Shown piece after piece: positions 34,833 through 42,481 of a DNA stretch of 42,481 nt. The translations under genes and the position numbers were made by a program. This DNA is from an uncultured Pseudomonadota bacterium (GTDB lineage Bacteria; Myxococcota_A; Bradymonadia; Bradymonadales; Bradymonadaceae). Under the pieces are notes generated by a model. The model was not told the DNA's origin. It searched no databases and saw only the letters and a program-made list of their open reading frames with translations. Within the stretch, counting starts at the first letter, position 1, and every line of letters begins with the position of its first letter. Where the stretch lies: NCBI GenBank assembly GCA_950059285.1, contig CATLTV010000022.1:1-42481 (forward strand). Direction: 5' to 3'.

Positions 34833-36691
34833 TACACATCTTGCTCCAACACAACCCCACCACTATTCCTAACAGAGGCCATGGCCAGCTTGTAGAAAGG
34901 CTCGCAGCCATCCAACAGCTCCTGATAAGAACCGCTTGCCAAAACGCGCCCATGCTCAAGCATAAAAATCGTATCGCAATGCTCAATGGTCGAGAATCTG
35001 TGTGCAATCAACACGATGGTCTTCTCTCTAGACAACCCCTCAATAGCACGCGTAATCTCAGCCTCTGTTTCGTTATCCAGCGCGCTGGTCGCCTCGTCAA
35101 AGATCAGGACTTCGGGGTCTCGATACAGAACCCTGGCAATTCCCAAGCGCTGGCGTTGACCACCTGAAAGCTTGACACCTGACTCACCAATGCTGGTATC
35201 TAACCCTTCGGATAGCCCACGCACAACATCATCAAGCTGGGCCTGCTTCAATGCATTCCACACTCTGTCGTCATCGATCTCATCATCAAAAACACCAAAG
35301 GCAACATTGCGTCTGATCGTGTCATTTAACATATACACAGGCTGACTGATGTAACCCACCTGTCGTTGCCAACTCTGTTCATTTCCCTGAATCGAAACAC
35401 CATCCACTTTGATGTCTCCTGCATCTGGGCTTAACAATCCTAACAACAGATCAATCAAGGTTGTTTTGCCTGCCCCTGAAGCCCCCACAAAAGCAACTGA
35501 AGCGCCACGAGGAATGTGTAAGGAGCAACCGTTTAAAACGTTGGAGCTTGTCTTATCATACGCAAACTCAACGGACTCCAGAGTGATCCTGTCTTCAAAC
35601 GTGATCTCCTGGACAAGGCGCTGTTTGTCATCATCTGCTGACGTACCAAGATCGTCATCCAAAAGGTCATTCACCACATTATCCAACGCAGGGTGATGAA
35701 ATCGAATCAGGGACAGACCCGAAGTAATACGAGTCAATGAGGGCAGTGTTCTAAATGCAACCACGGCAAACAAACCCAGCGTAGGCAACGCATCCTCACT
35801 TGAAGCTTGCTGAAGCAACACAAGCGTCATCAACAACACTGTGAAGATCCCCAGGACCTCAATAGACATCCTTGGGACTTCATAAATTACCGCATACTTC
35901 ACAGCATAATGCTTGTATCTGTCGACATGTTCTCCATAACGAGCAAGAAAGTAGTCTTCCTTATTCATCACCTTGGTTTCTTTCAACGCCCCCAAAGATT
36001 GAATCGTCCACTTGATCATCTCAGCCATTGAACCACGCACATGATTGCCATAGCTGTAGGTGTAACGTTGTGATGTCCTGTACACCACAACACCAAGCGT
36101 ACCAAAGATGGCGATTGCAAGGAGTGTGATGGATACATTACGAACCAACAAGAGCCCTAGCATTCCCAGGGCAATGACACCCTCAACCATCACCAGCAAC
36201 AAGGAACGAATCACATTGTTGTACACACTATGTGTGTCCTGATTGATGTTGCGAATAAGCTCCCCACTATTACGTGAAATATGAACAATATAATCACTAT
36301 GCAAATACTTACGGAGGAGCTTGAGCGCCAACTTAGCCTGAGCGCCTCGAATAAACTTGGCCTGATTATATTGGTACAACAGGTTAAATGTATTCTTGAG
36401 CAGATAGCTAATCAACAATAATACACAGCACACGATAATAGCAGATTGAGCATCATGCTTCCCATACCAACCCAGAGCATACTCAAGCCATGCGTACTCA
36501 TTTATTTTGGAGCTGTTCTCCACAATGGCCAAAAAGGGCAAAAAGAGCGTTGCACAAAGCACCTCAAAGCCCGCCATCATAATCATCATGACATAGATCA
36601 CGATGAGGCTAACATAATGCTCTCTCCCCACACAATAGAGGAGTTTTTGACGAAAATTCATGCTACGACTCTTGTTGTGTTGCTCTGACAT
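34832..36691 (-). CDS. Fused ABC exporter (TMD-NBD), PglK/MsbA-like lipid-linked oligosaccharide flippase candidate. ORF track starts at TTG 36748; ATGs at 36691 and 36661 are alternatives.
   Basis: Walker A GASGAGKTTLIDLL, ABC signature LSGGQRQRLGIARVL, Walker B VLIFDEATSALD, H-loop. Six N-terminal TM helices. Confidence 0.9.
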   Translation of the reverse strand: MSEQHNKSRSMNFRQKLLYCVGREHYVSLIVIYVMMIMMAGFEVLCATLFLPFLAIVENSSKINEYAWLEYALGWYGKHDAQSAIIVCCVLLLISYLLKNTFNLLYQYNQAKFIRGAQAKLALKLLRKYLHSDYIVHISRNSGELIRNINQDTHSVYNNVIRSLLLVMVEGVIALGMLGLLLVRNVSITLLAIAIFGTLGVVVYRTSQRYTYSYGNHVRGSMAEMIKWTIQSLGALKETKVMNKEDYFLARYGEHVDRYKHYAVKYAVIYEVPRMSIEVLGIFTVLLMTLVLLQQASSEDALPTLGLFAVVAFRTLPSLTRITSGLSLIRFHHPALDNVVNDLLDDDLGTSADDDKQRLVQEITFEDRITLESVEFAYDKTSSNVLNGCSLHIPRGASVAFVGASGAGKTTLIDLLLGLLSPDAGDIKVDGVSIQGNEQSWQRQVGYISQPVYMLNDTIRRNVAFGVFDDEIDDDRVWNALKQAQLDDVVRGLSEGLDTSIGESGVKLSGGQRQRLGIARVLYRDPEVLIFDEATSALDNETEAEITRAIEGLSREKTIVLIAHRFSTIEHCDTIFMLEHGRVLASGSYQELLDGCEPFYKLAMASVRNSGGVVLEQDV

Positions 36692-36747
36692 GCTCACTAT
36701 AGGCGCTCCTAGTATGCCTCTAAACCTTGAACCGAGTTCGACAGACA

Positions 36748-37899
36748 ATGATCCATGTACTTCACATCACCACAGTGCCAAAATCACTACGTTTCATCCA
36801 AGGCCAGATCCCTTTTATGAATCAGCGAAACGTATCCCTATCCTTTGCGACCTCATCAGCTGCTGAATTGGATCACTTCAAGCAACTCACGGAGGCCAAA
36901 GTCTACACCATTGAGATGCCTCGCAAGATCTCTCCCCTTGCCGATCTGAAAGCAGTTGTCAAGCTTACACAACTTATCCTTACCCTCAAGCCTGATATTA
37001 TTCATGCCCATACCCCAAAAGGCGGCCTTCTTGGTATGCTCGCTGCCACCCTCTGCAACCACCCTGCACGCGTCTACCACATGCGAGGCCTCCCCTTCAT
37101 GACCGCCACAGGAGCAAAGCGCCTACTCCTCACGTTGACAGAGGCCATCTCTTGCACCTGCTCCCATCAAACCATCTGCGTGAGCAACTCACTGCGCGAG
37201 GTCGCGCTCTCACACAGGCTCATCCCTGACACCAAGATCAAGGTGATGGCTGGTGGTAGTGGCCAGGGTGTAGACGCACTTCAACGCTTTCATCCTGACA
37301 ACTACAGCGCAGAACAGCGCCACACATTGCGCACATCGCTTGGTATCCCAGAGGATGCCACGGTCATTGGTTTCATTGGACGACTGGTCAGAGACAAGGG
37401 CGTCTGCGAGCTTGCACAGGCATGGGAGACGCTCCACACACAGTACCCCAATGCGCATATGGTCTGTGTCGGTGATTTTGAAGAACGCGACCCCGTACCT
37501 GACCATGTACAACAACAGCTGGCAAACTTGCCTCGCCTCCACATGGTCGGCTGGAGAGAAAACACACCTGACTACTACAACATCATGGACATAGTCACAC
37601 TCCCCACATACCGGGAAGGATTCCCTAACGTACCTCTTGAAGCAGCAGCCATGGCTCTTCCCGTGGTAGCCACACACATTCCAGGGTGTGTGGACGCTGT
37701 GCAGGATGGTGTCACAGGTATTCTTGTCCCAAGTAAAAATACCAACGCACTACAGGAGGCGTTGGCACTCTATCTGGAAGATGAAGAGCGACGCTTGCGC
37801 GATGGGCAAGCAGGACGCTCACGTGTGCTGGCACACTTTCTTCCCGAGCAAATTTTTCAGGACATCTACACAACGTATCAGTCCCTCATGACACGCTAG
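36748..37899 (+). CDS. Glycosyltransferase family 4
   Basis: TLPTYREGFPNVPLEAAAMALPVVATHIPGCVDAV GT4 motif. ORF track start is TTG 36727. Confidence 0.85.
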   Translation: MIHVLHITTVPKSLRFIQGQIPFMNQRNVSLSFATSSAAELDHFKQLTEAKVYTIEMPRKISPLADLKAVVKLTQLILTLKPDIIHAHTPKGGLLGMLAATLCNHPARVYHMRGLPFMTATGAKRLLLTLTEAISCTCSHQTICVSNSLREVALSHRLIPDTKIKVMAGGSGQGVDALQRFHPDNYSAEQRHTLRTSLGIPEDATVIGFIGRLVRDKGVCELAQAWETLHTQYPNAHMVCVGDFEERDPVPDHVQQQLANLPRLHMVGWRENTPDYYNIMDIVTLPTYREGFPNVPLEAAAMALPVVATHIPGCVDAVQDGVTGILVPSKNTNALQEALALYLEDEERRLRDGQAGRSRVLAHFLPEQIFQDIYTTYQSLMTR

Positions 37900-37902
37900 T
37901 AG

Positions 37903-37918
37903 GCTCTGTTGACCTAGG
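37903..37918. repeat. 16-mer GGCTCTGTTGACCTAG, copy 2, overlapping the pglF-like stop codon
   Basis: See 29324-29339. Confidence 0.4.
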
Positions 37919-39854
37919 ATGCGCTCTTCTTGTGGCCATGCAAGGAGACCACATTCTTACGCAGTGTGGGGGTTACATACGTCGGGATAAGATCTCTGAG
38001 CTTCTCTCTGACCTGGTTATTATCGCCATCATGAGCGCTCGAAAGAAGATCACCTTTGTGCTCGTGCAGCTCATCAAGACCTGTCACTTCCTTGCGTGCA
38101 ATAAAGATCTTCTTGTGGCGAGTGGTGTCAACCTCGTCTTCGTTAATGGCGAGCTCTTCAAAGAGTTTTTCGCCAGGTCGAATGCCTGTGTATGTGATCT
38201 CGATCTCATCTTCAGTCAAACCACTGAGACGAATCATATCACGCGCGAGATCTGCAATCTTCACAGGCTCGCCCATATCGAGGATGAAGATCTCACCACC
38301 CTGACCAAACGCACCAGCCTGAAGCACAAGCTGTACAGCCTCAGGGATGGTCATGAAGTAACGTGTCATCTCCTGGTGAGTTACGGTGACAGGACCACCC
38401 TTCTTGATCTGCTCTCTGAAGATTGGCACCACCGAACCGTTAGACCCAAGCACGTTACCAAAACGCACCGCGCAGAAACGTGTCTGGTTCTCCTCACGAC
38501 GCTGAATACTCATGATAAGCAGCTCGGTGATGCGCTTGGTCGCCCCCATCACGCTGGTGGGGTTCACAGCCTTGTCCGTGGAAATCAACACAAACGTGCC
38601 AACCTGAAGCTCACTGGCAAGCTCGGCGATAACCTGTGTACCTTCGATGTTGTTTTTAACTGCCTCACAAGGGTTTGCCTCCATCAAAGGCACATGTTTG
38701 TAGGCTGCGGCATGTAAAATCACATCTGGTTGATGCTGGTTAAAAATCTCACGCATACGCGCCTTGTCACAGATGCTGGACACATAAGGCACAAGGATAT
38801 CTTCGTGCTCAGCTCGCAACTCTTTGTGAATAAAGAATAGAGGCGTCTCGGCCATCTCCACCATGACCAGCTCGGCAGGAGCAAAACGAAGCACCTGACG
38901 GCAAAGCTCGGAGCCAATGGATCCACCTGCCCCCGTCACAAGCACCCTACGCCCCTGCAAAAACCTTCCAATCGACTGCATATCAAGTCGCACGGGCTCT
39001 CGCCCAAGCAAGTCAGAAATGGAGACCTCTCGAAGTTGTCTGACAGAAAAGTCTGCGCTCAGAATGTTTTCCACCGCAGGGAGAATCTTTGTCTCGACAT
39101 GAGCTTGCTTACTCAACTCCACCACTCGACGAAGTTGCTCACTGCTTGCTGAAGGCATCGCGATCAACACCGTGCTCACGTTATGCTTGTCCACAAAGTG
39201 CTTCAAACGATCAATCGGACCAAGAACAGTAGCGTTCTGAATCTTCAACCCCTGCTTGTTGGGCGCATCATCAAGAAAACCAATCACCTTGTAAGGAAGA
39301 TTGATATTCTTGTTCACCTCACGAAGCAACGTCTCACCCGTGTCACCCGCACCAATAATCAACACGTTCTGACGATCTGGACTGGAGGGAAGATAAGCGG
39401 TAAGCGCCTCTCGAATCAAACGCAAGCTGCCTCGTGCACCACCAATCAAGACAAGCGACAAACCAAAGTCGAGCACATAAATTGAGCGGGGCGGAGACAA
39501 CACATCGCCAAAAATACACAACGCCAAAAAGAGCGCTCCAGACACGGCAAGAGCCCTTGCCAGATCAAGGAGATCGTACAGACTCACATAGCGCCACCAC
39601 CCTTGATACATCTTGAAGATGCCAAAGACAGCCAACTTGATCCCAAGAATAATAGGCATCCCCTTCCACATCACGGACAGCCATGCATCAGGAATCGTCA
39701 GGTCAAAACGTACAGCAAATGCCCCCACATACGCCAACGCAAACAACAGCAAGTGCATACTCGCCACAATGATCATGCGTGCGCCCGTGGGCAATTCTGT
39801 TAATCCTTGCAAGAGCCTTATAAAGGTTGGGGAATTCTTGCTCTCGGACATCAT
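37914..39854 (-). CDS. pglF: Membrane-anchored UDP-GlcNAc 4,6-dehydratase (PglF/WbpM/CapD family)
   Basis: Four N-terminal TM helices. Two Rossmann regions (VLIIGAGDTGE; VLVTGAGGSIGSELCRQV). YKHVPLMEANPCEAVKNNIEGT, CapD signature. Confidence 0.9.
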   Translation of the reverse strand: MMSESKNSPTFIRLLQGLTELPTGARMIIVASMHLLLFALAYVGAFAVRFDLTIPDAWLSVMWKGMPIILGIKLAVFGIFKMYQGWWRYVSLYDLLDLARALAVSGALFLALCIFGDVLSPPRSIYVLDFGLSLVLIGGARGSLRLIREALTAYLPSSPDRQNVLIIGAGDTGETLLREVNKNINLPYKVIGFLDDAPNKQGLKIQNATVLGPIDRLKHFVDKHNVSTVLIAMPSASSEQLRRVVELSKQAHVETKILPAVENILSADFSVRQLREVSISDLLGREPVRLDMQSIGRFLQGRRVLVTGAGGSIGSELCRQVLRFAPAELVMVEMAETPLFFIHKELRAEHEDILVPYVSSICDKARMREIFNQHQPDVILHAAAYKHVPLMEANPCEAVKNNIEGTQVIAELASELQVGTFVLISTDKAVNPTSVMGATKRITELLIMSIQRREENQTRFCAVRFGNVLGSNGSVVPIFREQIKKGGPVTVTHQEMTRYFMTIPEAVQLVLQAGAFGQGGEIFILDMGEPVKIADLARDMIRLSGLTEDEIEITYTGIRPGEKLFEELAINEDEVDTTRHKKIFIARKEVTGLDELHEHKGDLLSSAHDGDNNQVREKLRDLIPTYVTPTLRKNVVSLHGHKKSAS

Positions 39855-40006
39855 GCGCTCCTTTTGATCTCTTGAAAGAACTCAAGAGTATTACTATTTA
39901 TCGTATACTCGAAACGCCTCACATCATGAGAGTGAGGCCCTAATCGACGTAAATTTAACCAGACGACTTATCCTCTCTCTCAGAAAATGATCAAAGGATC
40001 AAGCCC

Positions 40007-40681
40007 ATGTCCACAAAACTTGGTAGCAACTTCGTAACAAATCTAATCATCATGGGTGCAGGTGGTCATGCCAAAGTCACTGCAGATATTATTAGGGCCC
40101 TCCACCTTAATGTCACAGGATTAACAGACCAAAACCCCGAGATGCTCAACACCGTCGCGGAGCCAGGTGGAGCCAAAGTTATCCTCACGCAGGACAAACT
40201 CCTTGAACATCTTGAGAACTATCAAAAACTCCCTGACCCCATCTCGCATGGTGTCGTGGCGATAGGTCATAACGGAGTCAGACTCAGGCTATCTCGTCAA
40301 CTTGGACACACACTCGCCCCCGCGCTGGTACACCCCGCAGCCACAATCAGCCCATCGGCTACACTTGGCGCGGGCACAACTGTACTGCCTCGTGTCGTCG
40401 TGAATGCAAACGCCTCCATTGGCCTGGCTGCGATACTCAACACAGGATGTATTATTGAACATGATTGCGTACTTGGAGATGGCGTTCACATCTCTCCTGG
40501 TGCCACACTGTGTGGCAATGTGACTGTAGGGGATCGCAGCTGGGTTGCTGCTGGAGCGACCGTCATCCCAGGTGTACGCATTGGTAAGGATGCAATCATT
40601 GGAGCAGGTGCGACCGTCATTCGTGACGTACCCGATGGCACAACTGTGGTGGGATCGCCTGCAAAACCACTCTCCAGATAA
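40007..40681 (+). CDS. pglD: Sugar N-acetyltransferase, left-handed beta-helix (PglD/NeuD family)
   Basis: N-terminal IIMGAGGHAKV Rossmann-like motif followed by hexapeptide repeats (GDGVHISPGATLCGNVTVGDRSWVAAGATVIPGVRIG). Confidence 0.85.
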   Translation: MSTKLGSNFVTNLIIMGAGGHAKVTADIIRALHLNVTGLTDQNPEMLNTVAEPGGAKVILTQDKLLEHLENYQKLPDPISHGVVAIGHNGVRLRLSRQLGHTLAPALVHPAATISPSATLGAGTTVLPRVVVNANASIGLAAILNTGCIIEHDCVLGDGVHISPGATLCGNVTVGDRSWVAAGATVIPGVRIGKDAIIGAGATVIRDVPDGTTVVGSPAKPLSR

Positions 40682-40684
40682 ATA

Positions 40685-41299
40685 TCACGCCAACGGTGAG
40701 TCACCTGTAAATTCACTCATGGTCGCCTCACCCTCGGCGCTAATGCCATCCTGTCTTAACACTTTAAACACAGTCATCAACAGGATCCTGATGTCCAACG
40801 ACATGGAACGGTTCTGTACATACCAGCAATCCAGGCGAAGCTTTTCGTTCCAGCCCAACGCATTGCGCCCATTGACCTGCGCCCATCCTGTGATACCTGG
40901 CTTGACATCGTGACGTCGCATTTGCTCTGGTGTGTAGCGCTCCAGATACTCCACCAGCAATGGCCTCGGCCCAACCAGACTCATCTCTCCCTTGAACACG
41001 TTCCACAACGTGGGAAGCTCATCAATACTGGTCTTTCGCAAAAACTTTCCAAGACGAGTTAGCCTCACGCCGTCTGTCCCCAACATATCCTCACCAGCCC
41101 CCAGTGTTCTCATCGTACGAAACTTCCGAATATAAAAAGATTTCCCGTACAAACCTGGGCGCTCTTGCATAAAGAAGATTGGTCGCCCCATGGCAATGTA
41201 AATTGCCGCTGCTGCTGGCAACGTCACTGGTGCCGTTGCCAGCAAGCCAAGTCCTGATGCGCTGATATCCAGCGCTCGTTTAAGCCCTTTGTAAATCAT
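40685..41299 (-). CDS. pglC: Initiating phosphoglycosyltransferase (bacterial sugar transferase, PglC/WbaP C-terminal domain family). ORF extends to TTG 41308.
   Basis: Single N-terminal re-entrant helix, RPGLYGKSFYIRKFRTM, SLVGPRP and DxxYV..SLxLDxxI motifs typical of small PGTs. Confidence 0.88.
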   Translation of the reverse strand: MIYKGLKRALDISASGLGLLATAPVTLPAAAAIYIAMGRPIFFMQERPGLYGKSFYIRKFRTMRTLGAGEDMLGTDGVRLTRLGKFLRKTSIDELPTLWNVFKGEMSLVGPRPLLVEYLERYTPEQMRRHDVKPGITGWAQVNGRNALGWNEKLRLDCWYVQNRSMSLDIRILLMTVFKVLRQDGISAEGEATMSEFTGDSPLA

Positions 41300-41510
41300 T
41301 GTGTTCAAGGCGCCTCCAGCTCCTGATTATTCACCAAATTACACGCCATACCTGCCGACACCCTAACATACGTCCAAGAACTCGTCGTGCCAGAAAATAG
41401 CGCTTGACTTCTTTTACGCCTTCTCCTCAACTGCACTCAAGACCACAACAAGTCAAATGCTTCATTTGACGTCGGCCTTCCACCAACTCTCTCGACCTTG
41501 GAGATCCACT

Positions 41511-42481
41511 ATGAGCGCTGAACAGCAACCTCGCATCTACCTCTCTCCTCCAGACATTGGCAAACAGGAACAACTCTTTGTTCAGGAAGCCTTTGACACA
41601 AACTGGATCGCACCACTTGGCCCCAATGTGAACGCCTTTGAGGAGGAATTCTGTGATGCCGTGGGCGCACCTCATGCCGCAGCGCTTTGCTCCGGCACAG
41701 CAGGCTTACACCTTGCCATGATCCTGAGCGGCATTCAGCCGGGTGACACGGTTATGGTCTCGACCCTGACTTTCATCGCATCCGTCAATCCCATCCTCTA
41801 TTGCGGTGCAAAACCGATCTTCATCGACAGCGAGGAAGACTCCTGGAACCTTGACCCCAAACTTCTGGAAGAAGCTCTCGAGAAGTTGAGCAAGGAAAAT
41901 GCGCTCCCAAAAGCTCTAGTCCTGGTTCACCTCTATGGCCAAAGCGCTGATATCGATCCTATCATGGAGCTCTGCGCGCACTACAACATCACCGTCATTG
42001 AAGATGCTGCTGAAGCCCTGGGCGCGACCTACAAGGAACGCTCTCCTGGTACATTTGGACGCTTTGGCATCTACTCCTTTAATGGCAATAAAATCATCAC
42101 CACGTCAGGTGGTGGAATGCTTGTGGGAAAAACACAGGAAGACATTGAACAGGCAAGGAAACTTGCCACACAAGCAAGAGACAATGCGCCTCATTACCAA
42201 CACTCAGAAGTAGGGTTCAACTACCGCCTCAGTAACATCTGCGCAGGCGTAGGACGAGGACAGCTCATGAGCCTTGAGGACAAGGTCAACAAGCGCCGCC
42301 AGAACTTTGATAACTATGTCAACGCACTTGGCGATCTTCCTGGCGTCACCTTTGCTCCAGAAGCATCCTGGGGACGACACACGCGCTGGTTAACATGCTT
42401 GACCATTGATCCAACTCAGGCCAACACAGATCGCGAGACTATCCGCGAACATCTCACAGCATTAAACATCGAAGCTCGCCC
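41511..42481 (+). CDS. pglE: DegT/DnrJ/EryC1-family PLP-dependent sugar aminotransferase (PglE-like), 3' end outside the window
   Basis: Not in the ORF track because it has no stop in the window. FNGNKIITTSGGGM with a PLP-lysine context. N-terminal FDTNWIAPLGPNVNAFEEEF typical of DegT aminotransferases. Confidence 0.88.
   Translation, partial: MSAEQQPRIYLSPPDIGKQEQLFVQEAFDTNWIAPLGPNVNAFEEEFCDAVGAPHAAALCSGTAGLHLAMILSGIQPGDTVMVSTLTFIASVNPILYCGAKPIFIDSEEDSWNLDPKLLEEALEKLSKENALPKALVLVHLYGQSADIDPIMELCAHYNITVIEDAAEALGATYKERSPGTFGRFGIYSFNGNKIITTSGGGMLVGKTQEDIEQARKLATQARDNAPHYQHSEVGFNYRLSNICAGVGRGQLMSLEDKVNKRRQNFDNYVNALGDLPGVTFAPEASWGRHTRWLTCLTIDPTQANTDRETIREHLTALNIEAR

Overview
Bacterial chromosomal window with mixed strand orientation and three recognisable blocks. 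(i) 1-5000 is housekeeping or stress genes: a 5'-truncated TPR protein and a half-size Na+/Ca2+ exchanger in a low-GC stretch, then an ECF sigma factor with a Cys-rich C-terminal tail (CorE-like), a PPK2 polyphosphate kinase, msrB and a small membrane protein. (ii) 5250-20100 is a large + strand module that is the most unusual part of the window. It is a yqiJ-like (NfeD/DUF1449) plus yqiK-like flotillin operon with a short Pro-Pro-stop leader ORF. It is followed by a 1899-aa giant protein with a C-terminal AAA+ (AAA_5/MoxR-like) ATPase domain, which is translationally coupled to two tandem paralogous 4-TM membrane proteins, a secreted protein and three lipoproteins, two of them paralogs with a shared Cys motif. 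A shared AAGACACAACGTCT motif sits upstream of both transcription units, and a 75-bp perfect palindrome separates the paralogous lipoprotein genes. (iii) 20100-42481 starts with a copper P1B-ATPase (copA) divergent from a lipoprotein that has a heavy-metal-binding domain and a metallothionein-like Cys/His tail, then a TetR regulator and an orphan phage-type ERF single-strand-annealing recombinase bracketed by perfect terminators. The rest is a mosaic surface-glycan locus: rmlCAB, a WbbL-like GT2, four GT4 glycosyltransferases, a Wzy_C/O-antigen-ligase-like membrane protein, a fused ABC flippase, and pglF/pglD/pglC/pglE-like genes for a bacillosamine-type sugar. No rRNA, tRNA, CRISPR or transposase genes were recognised.
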